64,000 nt of DNA from NCBI RefSeq assembly GCF_055900595.2, contig NZ_CM148325.1; one strand, 5' to 3'. How positions within the stretch are numbered: the stretch's first letter is position 1; every line of letters starts with the position of its first letter. Under the pieces are notes generated by a model. It did no database searches, was not told where the DNA came from, and worked only from the letters and a program-made list of their open reading frames with translations. Of this stretch, positions 30,662-46,215 are shown piece by piece. The translations under genes and the position numbers were made by a program.

Positions 30662-32014
30662 TCATAACCGAGAGAAATCATTGAAAAGTGCAAGCCCCAT
30701 TAACAGCACCAGCAGAATCGAGCCAATGCGATAACAAAAGTCTTGAACCCGCTCGGATACCGGTCCGCCCTTGATCTTTTCGATCGCAAGGAACAGCAGA
30801 TGCCCCCCATCAAGTACGGGCAACGGAAACAGGTTAATTATCCCTAAGTTCACGCTAATGAGCGCAAGAAACGGCAGGTAATAAACAACCCCGAGTTCCG
30901 CTGTCATCCCAGCCCCCTTGGCGATAGAGATCGGCCCACTGAGGTTGTTCAGTTTCACATCACCGGTGATCAATTTTCCCAGCATACTGACCGTCAGCTT
31001 CATCAGCTGCCACGTTTTGTCCGTGGCTTCGACGATAGCGTTGAACGGCCCATACTGGCGTACAACTTTATACTCATCTGGCAAAGGAATGACTTTCTGC
31101 TCAATACCGACAAAACCAATCGCCTTACCATTACCCGGTTTACTCTCCGGGATTAATGTCAAAGACAAGGGACTCCCCTGTCTTTCGATTTCTAACGCTA
31201 AGGATTTACCCGGGTTATCCCGGACAAGCATCACAAAGGTCACCCACTGCGTTAAGGACTGACCATCGACTTTAACGATCCTGTCGCCTGCTTGCAAACC
31301 TGCCTTGCTTGCGGCCGAGTTTGGCTGCACATTTTCCAGTACAGGTTCAATTTGCGGGCCACGAGGACGAATCCCCAGCGAAGATACCGGATCTTCTTTA
31401 TCAGGCTCAAACGCCCAGTGACGTAAATCGAGCTTTACATCCCGTCGTTGGTCGCTGCCAAATGGCGCTACCGTAATGGTGGTGCTTTCATCGCCAATTT
31501 TATCGACCAACTGCAAACGCACGGCATCCCAATCAGGCGTTTCGATACCATCTACGGCTTTTAGTTCCGTACCTGGTGCAATTTGTGCTTCCGCAGCTAT
31601 CGAATTGGCTGCTATTTCGCCAACCACCGGACGTACGCCAGGTACACCAATAATAAAAACCAGCCAGTAGGCAAAGATAGCAAAAATGAAGTTTGCAACC
31701 GGACCTGCGGCAATAATCGCCGCACGTTGGCCGACAGATTTATTATTGAAGGCATGGTGGCGGAGTTCCGGAACAACCGGTTCTGCGCGCTCATCCAGCA
31801 TTTTGACATAACCGCCCAACGGGATCAGGGCGATGACATATTCGGTGCCTAGCTTATCAGTTCGGCGCCAGAGCGCCTTGCCAAAACCTATTGAGAAACG
31901 CTCAACACGAACACCACAACGCCGGGCAACCCAGAAATGACCAAATTCATGCACGGTGATAAGTACACCCAGTGCAACGATGAACGAAGCCAAATCCCAG
32001 AGAAAACTCAGCAT
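30662..32014 (-). CDS. rseP: Site-2 protease RseP (regulator of sigma-E)
   Basis: ORF track 30662..32059; start placed at [11 protein letters not shown] (450 aa); HEFGH zinc motif and PDZ region. Confidence 0.93.
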   Translation of the reverse strand: MLSFLWDLASFIVALGVLITVHEFGHFWVARRCGVRVERFSIGFGKALWRRTDKLGTEYVIALIPLGGYVKMLDERAEPVVPELRHHAFNNKSVGQRAAIIAAGPVANFIFAIFAYWLVFIIGVPGVRPVVGEIAANSIAAEAQIAPGTELKAVDGIETPDWDAVRLQLVDKIGDESTTITVAPFGSDQRRDVKLDLRHWAFEPDKEDPVSSLGIRPRGPQIEPVLENVQPNSAASKAGLQAGDRIVKVDGQSLTQWVTFVMLVRDNPGKSLALEIERQGSPLSLTLIPESKPGNGKAIGFVGIEQKVIPLPDEYKVVRQYGPFNAIVEATDKTWQLMKLTVSMLGKLITGDVKLNNLSGPISIAKGAGMTAELGVVYYLPFLALISVNLGIINLFPLPVLDGGHLLFLAIEKIKGGPVSERVQDFCYRIGSILLVLLMGLALFNDFSRL

Positions 32015-32025
32015 ATTACCTTCCG

Positions 32026-32883
32026 TTAAAGCGTCCTGAATACCAGTAACAACAAGCAAGCAAAGACCGGTACCGCAGCCGTCAGACTATCAATACGATC
32101 TAAAATACCACCGTGTCCTGGAATTAAATGACCGCTGTCCTTAATTCCTGCTTCACGCTTAAACATACTCTCGGTCAGATCGCCGAGCACTGAGACTAAC
32201 GCTGCGACAATAGAGCAAATGAGTAAGGTGACGGGAGCGATGTCGAGATTCGCCCACATGCCATAACCCCATGAGATTACCGCTGCAGTCGCGAGTCCAC
32301 CGATAAAGCCTTGCCAGGTTTTACCCGGAGAAACCTTCGGTGCCAGCTTATGTTTACCAAACAATTTGCCAAACATATATGCGCCAGAGTCAGCGCCCCA
32401 TACCAGGATCATGACATAGAGCAGCCATATTGCGCCACTGTAATGATTCTCGTCGTAGTGCCAGGCCCGTAACGCCAGCATGCCCCAGAAGAAGGGAACA
32501 ATGGTTAGCACGCCAAAAATAATGCGCAATGTTTTAGAGTTACGCCAGATTGCTGCGGAACCTGGGTAAAACAGCACCAGCAATAGCGCGACAATCCACC
32601 AACCCAGCGAAGCCCAAAGTGAGATTTCAACCAGCGGTTGATGAATATTTCGGTGATATTCCGGCAACAGAAAAAGCATCAGCGCCAACAATAACCCACA
32701 TAACACCGCCAACCATACTCGCTGCGAGCGAGTGGTAAAACCGCTAAGCTGTCCCCATTCCCACGCTGCCAGCATACAGACCACCAGCGTTACAATGGCG
32801 AACCCCACCGGCGGCAACAGAAACAACGCCGCGATGACGACGGGTATTAACACAAAAGCAGATATCAGGCGATACTTCAGCAA
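32026..32883 (-). CDS. cdsA: CDP-diglyceride synthase
   Basis: 285-aa polytopic membrane ORF. Confidence 0.94.
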   Translation of the reverse strand: MLKYRLISAFVLIPVVIAALFLLPPVGFAIVTLVVCMLAAWEWGQLSGFTTRSQRVWLAVLCGLLLALMLFLLPEYHRNIHQPLVEISLWASLGWWIVALLLVLFYPGSAAIWRNSKTLRIIFGVLTIVPFFWGMLALRAWHYDENHYSGAIWLLYVMILVWGADSGAYMFGKLFGKHKLAPKVSPGKTWQGFIGGLATAAVISWGYGMWANLDIAPVTLLICSIVAALVSVLGDLTESMFKREAGIKDSGHLIPGHGGILDRIDSLTAAVPVFACLLLLVFRTL

Positions 32884-32895
32884 AAGCGACCCCCA

Positions 32896-33657
32896 TCAGG
32901 CTGTTTCATCACCGGGCTCGGTGCCGCCGAAACGACGCTCTCGATTAGCAAAGGCATTTAACGCCCCTTCAAAGTCTTGTTCATCGAAATCGGGCCAGAG
33001 AACATCTGTAAAGTAAAGTTCGGCATAGGCAATTTGCCAAAGCAAAAAGTTACTAATGCGATGCTCCCCCCCAGTCCTAATTACTAAATCTACAGGGGCC
33101 AGTTCATGCATACAGACATGCTGGTTTAGCATCTCTTCATCTATCTGATCTGGTTGCAGGTTTCCTTGCTGCACCTTTTCAGCCAGTTGCCTGACTCCCT
33201 GGACTATATCCCAACGTCCACCGTAGTTCGCCGCAATATTCAGCGTTAGACCGGTATTTCCGGCTGTTAGCGCTTCCGATTTACGAATACGTTCTTGCAA
33301 ACGCGAGTTAAAGCGACTGGTATCGCCAATAATACGCAGACGTACGTTATGTCGGTGCAGGCTTTTTACTTCGCTATCGAGCGCCCAAACAAACAGTTCC
33401 ATTAACGCACTGACTTCCTGCGCTGGTCGGTTCCAGTTTTCACTACTAAAGGCATACAGCGTTAACGCCTCAATACCGTTGTTGGCCGCAAAAGAGACAG
33501 CCCGGCGGACGGATTTTGCCCCGGCTTTATGCCCAAAGGCACGAATCTTCCCTTGCTTTTTTGCCCAGCGACCATTGCCGTCCATAATGATCGCAACATG
33601 ACGACAGCCATGTACTGGCAATTTTTCGCTAAGTGGTTGAGTAGCAGACAACATCAC
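32896..33657 (-). CDS. uppS: Undecaprenyl-diphosphate synthase
   Basis: 253-aa ORF with cis-prenyltransferase motifs (DGNGRWA). Confidence 0.95.
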   Translation of the reverse strand: MMLSATQPLSEKLPVHGCRHVAIIMDGNGRWAKKQGKIRAFGHKAGAKSVRRAVSFAANNGIEALTLYAFSSENWNRPAQEVSALMELFVWALDSEVKSLHRHNVRLRIIGDTSRFNSRLQERIRKSEALTAGNTGLTLNIAANYGGRWDIVQGVRQLAEKVQQGNLQPDQIDEEMLNQHVCMHELAPVDLVIRTGGEHRISNFLLWQIAYAELYFTDVLWPDFDEQDFEGALNAFANRERRFGGTEPGDETA

Positions 33658-33711
33658 GCGTTTCTTATTCCCTGACAGGGTTTACGGTACTCAGGAATAC
33701 TGAAGCCTATA

Positions 33712-33738
33712 CAAAAAAAAGCCGTGTAAAACCACGGC
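33712..33738 (-). terminator. Intrinsic terminator after dxr
   Basis: Minus strand GCCGTGG-TTTTAC-CACGGC hairpin followed by TTTTTTTT. Confidence 0.75.
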
Positions 33739-33841
33739 ATACCTGACCTTATAAGCCAACTACTTATGGTCAGATGGCGCAGACTATATCACTGAAGCCC
33801 TACGCTAACAAATAGCACGACTCTCTGTAGCCGGATTATCC

Positions 33842-35038
33842 TCAGCTTGCGAGACGCGTCACCTCTTTTCTGGCGACTTCACGCGCGTTCGTATCAACAG
33901 ATAACACATCGTCCACGCATTGTGGTTCGCGCATATCCATTTTTTCCAGTACGGATAAATTCAACGCGGCGATATCCGTAAAGCGGATTTGTTGCGCAAG
34001 AAAGGCTGCAACGGTGATTTCGTTTGCGGCATTCAATGCAGTCGTCGCAGCCTGGCCTTGTTCGAACGCGTCCATTGCCAGTTTAAGGCATGGATAGCGA
34101 TCATAATCCGGTGCGGCAAATGTCAACGCACTGAGTTTGCAAAAATCCAGCGGCTTCACACCAGAGTTCACGCGATTCGGCCAGGCCATGGTGTGGGCAA
34201 TTGGCGTACGCATATCCGGTTCACCCAACTGCGCCAGAACACTGCCGTCCTGATAACGCACCATTGAGTGAATCACTGACTGCGGATGAATCAGCACTTC
34301 CATCTGGCTGGCACTGGCGCTAAACAACCAACGCGCTTCAATGTATTCCAGACCTTTGTTCATCATGGTAGCCGAATCGACAGAAATTTTACGCCCCATC
34401 GACCAGTTCGGATGACGGCAGGCTTGATCCGGCGTCATTGTTGCCAAATCGCGCAATGGCGTCTCACGGAAAGGGCCACCAGACCCGGTAAGCAAAATGG
34501 ACACCACGCCATTTTGCTCAAGGTCAGCGTATCCCAGATTATGCTGGATAGGTTGCGGTAAACTCTGAAAAATGGCGTTATGTTCGCTATCGACTGGTAA
34601 CAATTGCGCTTTGCTCTGCTTTACGGCGTCCATAAACAGACGTCCGCAAGTGACCAGTGATTCTTTATTGGCCAGCAAAATGGTTTTACCCGCGCGGATC
34701 GCAGCAAGCGTAGGTAACAGCCCAGCAGCGCCAACAATGGCTGCCATCACCTGATCAACATCCTCAAGCGCTGCCATATCGCAAGCGGCTTGTTGCCCAC
34801 TTAAGACTTCGGTGCGGCTACCCTGTTGCTGTAGCATCGTTTTAAGAAGTTTCGCACTCGCTTCATCGTCCATTACGGCATAGCGGGGAGAGAATTCCAG
34901 GCACTGCTCTACCATGCGAGTGACATTTTTGCCTGCCACCAGCGCAACTACGCGGAAGTGTTCGGGATTATGGCGCACCACGTCCAGCGTGCTGCAACCA
35001 ATCGAGCCGGTCGAGCCCAGAATGGTGAGTTGCTTCAT
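33842..35038 (-). CDS. dxr: 1-deoxy-D-xylulose-5-phosphate reductoisomerase
   Basis: 398-aa ORF with N-terminal NADPH-binding GSTGSIG. Confidence 0.95.
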   Translation of the reverse strand: MKQLTILGSTGSIGCSTLDVVRHNPEHFRVVALVAGKNVTRMVEQCLEFSPRYAVMDDEASAKLLKTMLQQQGSRTEVLSGQQAACDMAALEDVDQVMAAIVGAAGLLPTLAAIRAGKTILLANKESLVTCGRLFMDAVKQSKAQLLPVDSEHNAIFQSLPQPIQHNLGYADLEQNGVVSILLTGSGGPFRETPLRDLATMTPDQACRHPNWSMGRKISVDSATMMNKGLEYIEARWLFSASASQMEVLIHPQSVIHSMVRYQDGSVLAQLGEPDMRTPIAHTMAWPNRVNSGVKPLDFCKLSALTFAAPDYDRYPCLKLAMDAFEQGQAATTALNAANEITVAAFLAQQIRFTDIAALNLSVLEKMDMREPQCVDDVLSVDTNAREVARKEVTRLAS

Positions 35039-35071
35039 GAAACATCCAGAGTTGAGACAGAATAAAAAGCA

Positions 35072-35113
35072 AAACGCCGCCAGCCGATCCGCAAGGATCT
35101 ACTGAGCGGCGTT
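35072..35113 (-). terminator. Intrinsic terminator after frr
   Basis: Palindrome AACGCCGC...GCGGCGTT; on the minus strand it is followed by a T-rich tract (TTTTGCTTTTT). Confidence 0.6.
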
Positions 35114-35130
35114 TTTTGTCGTTCAAGAAA

Positions 35131-35688
35131 TCAGAACTGCATCAGTTCTGCTTCTTTGTCTGCCAGCGCCGCTTCAATTTTCTTGATTGCAGCATCAGTC
35201 AGTTTCTGTACATCGTCCTGAGAACGGCGATCGTCGTCTTCGCTGATCTCTTTATCTTTCAACAGTGCTTTCACTTTGTCGTTCGCGTCACGACGCACGT
35301 TACGTACTGCAACACGCGCTTGTTCTGCTTCACCACGAACGATTTTGGTCAGATCTTTACGACGTTCTTCCGTCAGCGGCGGCAGCGGAACACGAATGTC
35401 GCTACCCGCAGAGTTCGGGTTCAGGCCAAGATCGGACGCCATAATCGCTTTTTCAACGGCCGGAGACATTGAACGATCAAACACGTTGATTTTCAGAGTA
35501 CGGGAATCTTCTACCGTTACGCTTGCCAGCTGACGCAGCGGCGTCGGCGTGCCGTAATATTCCACGACAATGCCATCCAGCAGGCTGGGAGAAGCACGAC
35601 CCGTGCGTATTTTGCTGATTTGGGTTTTGAACGCTTCTACGCATTTGTCCATGCGTACTTCAGCATCTTTTCTGATATCGCTAATCAC
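35131..35688 (-). CDS. frr: Ribosome recycling factor
   Basis: 185-aa ORF. Confidence 0.96.
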
Positions 35689-35979
35689 GTTACGAATCCT
35701 TGAAAACTTGTCTCAGTCAGACCAGACAGTCACACACAGTGGAAGTGTGCTAAGTATAGCCCTGATTAAACATATTACGGGTAATCGTCTGGATTATTAG
35801 GCTATTTTATTTGCCATTTTGGCACCGGGCAGTGCTCGCCATCCTCACGTACTTGTGTACGCTCCGGTTGCTGCGCGCTGGCCGTGACCAAACTACCTGC
35901 AACAATAACGCCTTATAACCAGACTTACGCCCCCGCGATACTTACGCGGAATCTTACCCTTATTTATCCATCACGGGAA

Positions 35980-36705
35980 TTATTCCGTGATTAAAGTCCC
36001 TTCTTTTTCACCCATTACCACACGGCGCAGCGCACCCGGTTTGTTCATGTTGAAAACACGAATCGGTAATTTATGGTCACGAGCCAGCGTGAAGGCCGCC
36101 AGGTCCATGACTTTCAGCTCTTTTTCCAGCACTTCGCTGTAAGTCAGTTGCTCGTACATCGTTGCGGTTGGATCTTTCGCCGGATCAGCAGTAAACACGC
36201 CGTCAACTTTGGTTGCTTTCAACACCACATCAGCTTCAATTTCGATACCACGCAGGCAAGCTGCAGAGTCGGTGGTAAAGAACGGGTTACCTGTACCGGC
36301 GGAGAGGATCACCACACGATTGTTGCGCAACAGGCTAATCGCTTCTGCCCAGCTGTAGCTGTCGCACACGCCATTCAATGGAATAGCGGACATCAGACGA
36401 GCGTTCACATAGGCGCGGTGCAGTGCATCACGCATTGCCAGGCCGTTCATTACGGTCGCCAGCATCCCCATGTGGTCGCCCACAACGCGGTTCATACCCG
36501 CTTTCGCCAGACCAGCGCCACGGAACAGGTTACCCCCACCAATCACCACACCAACCTGAATACCCAGTTCAACCAGTTCTTTGATTTCCTGAGCCATGCG
36601 ATCCAGTATGCTTGCATCAATACCGAAGCCTTCCGTGCCCTGCAGAGCTTCGCCACTCAACTTAAGCAGAATGCGTTTATAGACGGGTTTTGCATTGGTA
36701 GCCAT
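35980..36705 (-). CDS. pyrH: UMP kinase
   Basis: 241-aa ORF. Confidence 0.96.
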   Translation of the reverse strand: MATNAKPVYKRILLKLSGEALQGTEGFGIDASILDRMAQEIKELVELGIQVGVVIGGGNLFRGAGLAKAGMNRVVGDHMGMLATVMNGLAMRDALHRAYVNARLMSAIPLNGVCDSYSWAEAISLLRNNRVVILSAGTGNPFFTTDSAACLRGIEIEADVVLKATKVDGVFTADPAKDPTATMYEQLTYSEVLEKELKVMDLAAFTLARDHKLPIRVFNMNKPGALRRVVMGEKEGTLITE

Positions 36706-36814
36706 GTTTCTTTCCTGAGACTGTCAACGATTGAAATGAATTAATACCGGCGACATTGTACGTCGCTTTTCAGCGCAGCCCCATAAGGGTTAGCTGAATT
36801 TACAAGATGGGCGC

Positions 36815-36842
36815 AAAAAGAAGCCGCCCTCAGGCGGCTCCT
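36815..36842 (-). terminator. Intrinsic terminator after tsf
   Basis: Minus strand GAGCCGCCTGAGGGCGGCTTC hairpin followed by TTTTTG. Confidence 0.75.
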
Positions 36843-36851
36843 TTTCGATAA

Positions 36852-37703
36852 TTAAGACTGCTTGGACATCGCAGCAACTTCTGCTGCAAAGTCAGTCTCA
36901 ACTTTCTCGATGCCTTCACCTACTTCGAAGCGGATGAAGCCAGTCACTTCAGCGTTATGCTCTTTCAGCAGCTGACCAACAGTTTTGCTTGGTTCCATAA
37001 CGAACGGCTGACCGGTCAGAGAAACTTCGCCGGTGAATTTCTTCATGCGGCCTTCAACCATTTTCTCTGCGATTTCTTTCGGCTTACCAGACTGCATCGC
37101 GATATCCAGCTGAACCTGGTATTCTTTCTCTACCACTTCAGCGGAAACGTCTTCCGGTTTGATGAATTCTGGTTTGCTTGCAGCAACGTGCATAGCGATG
37201 TGTTTAACCAGCTCTTCGTCAGCGCCTTTAGCAGCAACCAGAACGCCGATACGCGCACCGTGCTGATAAGAACCCAGAACGTCGCCTTCCAGCGCAGCAA
37301 CGCGGCGAATGTTGATGTTTTCACCGATTTTCGCTACCAGCGCAACACGTTCTTCTTCGAACTGTGCTTTCAGAACTTCAACGTCAGTGATTTTGCCAGC
37401 AACAGCTGCGTCCAGAACTTTGTCTGCGAACGCCTGGAAACCAGCGTCTTTTGCAACGAAGTCAGTCTGGCAGTTAACTTCCAGAATGATGCCGTAGTTG
37501 CCGTCGATTTTGGTTTTGATCACGCCGTCAGCAGCAACGTTGCCTGCTTTTTTCGCTGCTTTAATAGCACCGGACTTACGCATGTTTTCGATTGCCAGCT
37601 CGATGTCGCCGTTAGCTTCAGTCAGTGCTTTTTTGCAATCCATCATGCCTGCGCCAGTACGCTCACGCAGCTCTTTTACCAGGGATGCGGTAATTTCAGC
37701 CAT
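36852..37703 (-). CDS. tsf: Elongation factor Ts
   Basis: 283-aa ORF. Confidence 0.96.
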
Positions 37704-37754
37704 TCTAAAATCCTCGGAGATGTGATCTGCCCGGCATTAAACCGCACAGATATA

Positions 37755-37786
37755 AAAGTGAAAAAGGGGGCCATATGCAGGCCCCC
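37755..37786 (-). terminator. Intrinsic terminator / attenuator between rpsB and tsf
   Basis: Minus strand GGGGGCC-TGCATAT-GGCCCCC hairpin followed by TTTTTCACTTTT. Confidence 0.7.
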
Positions 37787-37809
37787 TAACCAAACGTGTA
37801 CTACCTGGT

Positions 37810-37940
37810 CTATAAGGGCTCTCCCCCTTCATATTTCGCGCCGCAGATGCGTTGTCTTCGCTCGCTCATCCCGGTCACTTACTGATGTAAGCTCCCGGGA
37901 ATTCTCGAGCTTGCCGCCTTTCTGCAACTCGAACTATTTT
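37810..37940. repeat. ERIC (IRU) element
   Basis: Contains GATGTAAGCTCCCGGGAATTC and, on the other strand, AAGTAAGTGACCGGGATGAGCG, close matches to the two ERIC core inverted repeats, in the usual imperfect-palindrome arrangement. Confidence 0.6.
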
Positions 37941-37960
37941 GGGGGAGTTATCAAGCCTTA

Positions 37961-38908
<948 letters not shown>

Positions 38909-39053
38909 TCAGACGATGAATTTTCTATTATAGAAAACGTTCAGTGGCACGTTTGGCGAAATTCAGAATGATTCTCAATTTGCCCGGGTGTGATACCATT
39001 GACGACACTTACATATATATTGTCGGTATCACCGACGCTGATGGACAGAATTA

Positions 39054-39848
39054 ATGGCTATCTCAATCAAGACCCCAGAAGATATCGAAAAAATGCGCGT
39101 CGCTGGCCGACTGGCTGCCGAAGTGCTGGAAATGATCGAACCGTATGTTAAACCGGGCGTCAGCACCGGCGAGCTGGATCGCATCTGTAATGATTACATT
39201 GTTAATGAACAACACGCGGTTTCTGCCTGCCTCGGCTATCACGGCTATCCGAAATCCGTTTGCATCTCTATTAATGAAGTGGTGTGCCACGGTATCCCGG
39301 ACGACGCCAAGCTGCTGAAAGATGGCGATATCGTTAACATTGATGTCACCGTAATCAAAGATGGTTTCCACGGCGACACCTCAAAAATGTTTATCGTCGG
39401 TAAGCCAACCATCATGGGCGAACGTCTGTGCCGCGTAACGCAAGAGAGTCTTTACCTGGCGCTGCGCATGGTAAAACCGGGCATTAATCTGCGCGAAATC
39501 GGCGCGGCAATTCAGAAATTTGTCGAAGCAGAAGGCTTCTCCGTCGTTCGTGAATATTGCGGACACGGTATTGGTCGCGGCTTCCATGAAGAACCGCAGG
39601 TGCTGCATTATGACTCCCGTGAAACCAACGTCGTGCTGAAGCCGGGAATGACCTTCACCATCGAGCCAATGGTCAACGCGGGCAAAAAAGAGATCCGCAC
39701 CATGAAAGATGGCTGGACGGTAAAAACCAAAGATCGCAGCTTGTCTGCACAATATGAGCATACTATTGTGGTGACCGATAACGGCTGCGAAATTCTGACG
39801 CTACGCAAGGATGACACCATCCCGGCGATAATCTCGCACGAAGAATAA
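39054..39848 (+). CDS. map: Methionine aminopeptidase
   Basis: 264-aa ORF; divergent from rpsB. Confidence 0.96.
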   Translation: MAISIKTPEDIEKMRVAGRLAAEVLEMIEPYVKPGVSTGELDRICNDYIVNEQHAVSACLGYHGYPKSVCISINEVVCHGIPDDAKLLKDGDIVNIDVTVIKDGFHGDTSKMFIVGKPTIMGERLCRVTQESLYLALRMVKPGINLREIGAAIQKFVEAEGFSVVREYCGHGIGRGFHEEPQVLHYDSRETNVVLKPGMTFTIEPMVNAGKKEIRTMKDGWTVKTKDRSLSAQYEHTIVVTDNGCEILTLRKDDTIPAIISHEE

Positions 39849-39853
39849 GATGA

Positions 39854-39877
39854 AGCCGGCGAATGCCGGCTTTTTTA
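39854..39877 (+). terminator. Intrinsic terminator after map
   Basis: AGCCGGC-GAAT-GCCGGCT hairpin followed by TTTTTT. Confidence 0.8.
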
Positions 39878-39891
39878 ATACGATAATTTAA

Positions 39892-42582
<2,691 letters not shown>

Positions 42583-42612
42583 TGTGTTTACTGATATGAA
42601 AAGAGTTTAACA

Positions 42613-43437
42613 ATGCAGCAGTTACAGAACATTATTGAAACCGCTTTTGAACGCCGTGCCGAGATCACCCCAGCCAATGCAGACACCGTTACCCGCGAAG
42701 CGGTAAATCAGGTGATCGCCCTGCTGGATTCCGGCGCACTGCGTGTTGCGGAAAAAATTGACGGTCAGTGGGTGACGCATCAGTGGTTGAAAAAAGCGGT
42801 GCTGCTCTCTTTCCGTATTAATGATAATCAGGTGATCGAAGGGGCAGAAAGCCGCTACTTCGACAAAGTGCCGATGAAATTCGCTAACTACGATGAAGCA
42901 CGTTTCCAGAAAGAAGGCTTCCGCGTCGTGCCACCAGCGGCAGTGCGTCAGGGCGCGTTCATTGCCCGTAACACCGTGCTGATGCCGTCTTACGTCAACA
43001 TCGGCGCATATGTTGATGAAGGCACCATGGTTGATACCTGGGCGACCGTCGGTTCCTGTGCGCAGATTGGTAAAAACGTCCACCTTTCCGGTGGCGTGGG
43101 TATCGGCGGCGTGCTGGAGCCGCTGCAGGCTAACCCGACCATTATTGAAGATAACTGCTTCATCGGCGCACGCTCTGAAGTGGTTGAAGGGGTGATTGTC
43201 GAAGAAGGTTCCGTCATCTCTATGGGCGTATACATTGGTCAGAGCACCCGTATTTACGACCGTGAAACCGGCGAAATCCACTACGGTCGCGTTCCGGCTG
43301 GTTCGGTGGTTGTGTCAGGTAATCTGCCGTCGAAAGATGGCAAATACAGCCTCTACTGTGCGGTTATCGTTAAGAAAGTTGACGCGAAAACTCGCGGCAA
43401 AGTCGGCATTAACGAACTGCTACGCACCATCGACTAA
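42613..43437 (+). CDS. dapD: Tetrahydrodipicolinate N-succinyltransferase
   Basis: 274-aa ORF with hexapeptide repeats. Confidence 0.96.
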
Positions 43438-43448
43438 AAGTCAGTACA

Positions 43449-43476
43449 CGGGCAGCATGAAGCTGCCCGTTTTTTT
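43449..43476 (+). terminator. Intrinsic terminator after dapD
   Basis: CGGGCAGC-ATGAA-GCTGCCCG hairpin followed by TTTTTTT. Confidence 0.8.
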
Positions 43477-43489
43477 ACAGGGATGAATG

Positions 43490-44302
43490 ATGATCACACG
43501 CAGGCGTTTTTTACAGGCTGCCGCCGCGACGTTAACGGTGAGTTCAGGTTTCGGTTATATGCATTACCTGGAACCCGGCTGGCTTGAATTAAGCCATCAC
43601 CGCTTCGCCTTTTTTGAAGAAAAAGCCGCACCATTCAAAATTCTGTTTCTGGCCGATCTCCATTACTCTCGTTTTGTTCCTTTAAGCCTGATTTCTGACG
43701 CTATTGCCCTTGGCGTAGCGCAAAAACCTGATTTGATTTTGCTGGGTGGCGATTATGTTTTATTTGATATGCCGCTGAATTTTTCGGCGTTCAGTGACGT
43801 ACTCTCTCCCCTTGCCAAATGTGCACCGACATTTGCCTGTTTTGGCAATCACGATCACCCCGTGGGTACAGAGAAAAATCGCTTAATTGGCGAGGCGTTA
43901 AAATCGGCGGGGATCACTGTGTTGTTTAACCAGGCAACGGTAATCGCCACATCAAAACGGCAATTTGAACTGGTTGGCACTGGTGATTTATGGGCCGGAC
44001 AATGCAAACCACCTCCCGCCAGCGAAGCAAATCTGCCTCGTCTGGTGCTGGCACATAATCCCGACAGCAAAGAAGTCATACGTGATGAACCCTGGGATCT
44101 GATGCTGTGCGGCCATACTCACGGCGGGCAACTGCGCGTACCGTTGGTTGGTGAACCTTTTGCCCCTGTCGAAGATAAACGTTACGTCGCCGGATTAAAT
44201 GCCTTTGGCGAACGACACATCTACACAACCCGTGGCGTGGGCAGTTTGTATGGTTTGCGTCTGAACTGCCGCCCGGAAGTAACGATGCTGGAACTGGTGT
44301 AG
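43490..44302 (+). CDS. yaeI: Metallophosphoesterase (phosphodiesterase YaeI), Tat-type signal
   Basis: ORF track 43487..44302; twin-arginine motif TRRRFLQ; metallophosphatase motifs (GDY, GNHD, GHTH). Confidence 0.88.
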   Translation: MITRRRFLQAAAATLTVSSGFGYMHYLEPGWLELSHHRFAFFEEKAAPFKILFLADLHYSRFVPLSLISDAIALGVAQKPDLILLGGDYVLFDMPLNFSAFSDVLSPLAKCAPTFACFGNHDHPVGTEKNRLIGEALKSAGITVLFNQATVIATSKRQFELVGTGDLWAGQCKPPPASEANLPRLVLAHNPDSKEVIRDEPWDLMLCGHTHGGQLRVPLVGEPFAPVEDKRYVAGLNAFGERHIYTTRGVGSLYGLRLNCRPEVTMLELV

Positions 44303-44463
44303 AACGTGAATTTTATCGCCAGAATAAAGCAGGTAATTTTTTGATTTTTACGCCATGATAGAAGTCTGGAAGAAAAAGGCTTTCTGCGATCACAGTCGAG
44401 CCGGGCAGGCCAGGCCAAATGCTAAAATAAGCACAATTTACTGACTCATTTTGAGGTAACGCT

Positions 44464-44850
44464 ATGTACGACAATCTGAAAAGTCTGGGTATTACCAATC
44501 CTGAAGAAATTGATCGTTACAGCCTCCGGCAGGAAGCCAACAACGATATTCTGAAAATCTATTTCCAGAAAGACAAAGGCGAGTTTTTCGCCAAGAGCGT
44601 GAAGTTTAAATATCCGCGTCAGCGTAAAACGGTCGTCGCTGATGGTGTGGGTCAGGGTTATAAAGAAGTCCAGGAAATCAGCCCGAATCTACGGTATATC
44701 ATTGATGAGCTAGATCAAATCTGCCAGCGTGACCGCAGCGAAGTTGATCTTAAGCGTAAGATCCTCGACGACTTACGTCACCTGGAGTCAGTAGTAACCA
44801 ATAAGATCAGCGAGATTGAAGCCGATCTGGAAAAACTGACGCGTAAATAA
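44464..44850 (+). CDS. yaeH: UPF0325 protein YaeH
   Basis: 128-aa ORF; conserved neighbour of yaeI and cdaR. Confidence 0.9.
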   Translation: MYDNLKSLGITNPEEIDRYSLRQEANNDILKIYFQKDKGEFFAKSVKFKYPRQRKTVVADGVGQGYKEVQEISPNLRYIIDELDQICQRDRSEVDLKRKILDDLRHLESVVTNKISEIEADLEKLTRK

Positions 44851-44863
44851 TGTCATTCTGTGG

Positions 44864-44895
44864 GCCGGGTAAAGTCTCACCCGGCTGTAATTTTG
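44864..44895 (+). terminator. Terminator hairpin between convergent yaeH and cdaR
   Basis: GCCGGGT-AAAGTCTC-ACCCGGC hairpin followed by TGTAATTTTGT. Confidence 0.55.
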
Positions 44896-44903
44896 TAATC
44901 GAC

Positions 44904-46061
44904 CTACCGCTCTTCATCCAGTTGTAACGCCACATACAGCAGCAACCTGTCATCAAAATTGCCCAAATCAAGCCCGGTCAGTTCCGATATACGATTAAGC
45001 CGATACTCAAGAGTATTACGATGAATAAACAACGCCTTTGACGTTGCCAGCGGTTGCACATTGTGGCGAAACCACGCCGCCAGCGTTCGCCGCAGCAAGC
45101 CGTTATTGTCCATCGCTTTCAGCCGCGCCAGCGGTCGCGCCAGTTCGTTGGCCTGCCAATCGCCACGCAAACTGTCGAGCAACACAGGCAACATCAAATC
45201 CTGATAAAAATAGCAGCGACTTTCGGGCATCCGCTGTTTACCCACCACCATCGTCGTTTTCGCCGTACGATAAGAGCGGGCAATACTGCCTGGTCCGGTA
45301 AAATAGTTACCCAGCGAAACGCGAAAACGTAGCTGACCATACTCTTTCATGCGGGCAATCAGTTGTTCAACTCGCTTACGATGATCTTCTGCATCCCAGC
45401 GCCCAAACGAATTCAACGCCGGTTTCAACACCACCATTTCGGTCAGTGAAACAATCGCCACCAGATTATTACGCTCGGGTGTAGTCAGCGCGTTTTGCAG
45501 TTGCTGTAACTCCGCCATTGCGCTATCCACGCCAAGTTGACCGCTATCGACCTCAACAATAGCCACCACTCGCGGTTGATTGAGATCGACCCCCAGCCGT
45601 TGCGCCCAATCAGTAAGTGCGGGAGTATTCTCCTCGGCCTGAAGGAGGTTCATCACCAGTTCTTCCCGCAAACGGCTATCCTGCGCCAACAGGTGCATCA
45701 ACCGCGACTGTTCCAGCATCATTTCAGCCGTCATGCAGACCAGTTCGCCATATTTACGCAGATTCTCTGGTTCACCTGTCAGGCCAATTACGCCGACAAT
45801 TTCACCTTCCAGCCGTAACGGTAGATTAATCCCCTGCCGCACACCGTGCAGATGACGTGCCACCGCGTCATCGATATCGACGACTCGTCCCTGTGAAAGT
45901 ACCAGCAATGCACCTTCGTGCAATTCACCAATACGCTCACGATCGCCGCTGCCGATAATACGCCCGCGGGCATCCATTACGTTAATATTGGTATCAATGA
46001 TGCGCATGGTGCGCGCCACGATATCCTGCGCCATTTTGGTATCAAGATGCCAGCCAGCCAT
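44904..46061 (-). CDS. cdaR: Carbohydrate diacid regulator CdaR (PucR/CdaR family)
   Basis: ORF track 44904..46079; start placed at MAGWHLDTKMAQDIV (385 aa); C-terminal HTH. Confidence 0.9.
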   Translation of the reverse strand: MAGWHLDTKMAQDIVARTMRIIDTNINVMDARGRIIGSGDRERIGELHEGALLVLSQGRVVDIDDAVARHLHGVRQGINLPLRLEGEIVGVIGLTGEPENLRKYGELVCMTAEMMLEQSRLMHLLAQDSRLREELVMNLLQAEENTPALTDWAQRLGVDLNQPRVVAIVEVDSGQLGVDSAMAELQQLQNALTTPERNNLVAIVSLTEMVVLKPALNSFGRWDAEDHRKRVEQLIARMKEYGQLRFRVSLGNYFTGPGSIARSYRTAKTTMVVGKQRMPESRCYFYQDLMLPVLLDSLRGDWQANELARPLARLKAMDNNGLLRRTLAAWFRHNVQPLATSKALFIHRNTLEYRLNRISELTGLDLGNFDDRLLLYVALQLDEER

Positions 46062-46169
46062 AAGTCCTCCGTTATGCACGGCTTAGCATAAGGAAGTACG
46101 TAACGTACGGCATTGTGCAAATGCCCAAAGGATGAGGAAGATGTATGGAGTTGTGGTGAAGTTCACAGA

Positions 46170-46198
46170 TTGTAAGGAGAACCCCTTCCCGTTTTCAG
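46170..46198 (-). terminator. Terminator-like hairpin after degP
   Basis: AACCCCTTCC-loop-GGAAGGGGTT perfect 10-bp stem immediately downstream of the degP stop; weak U tract. Confidence 0.45.
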
Positions 46199-46215
46199 GA
46201 AGGGGTTGAGGGAGA

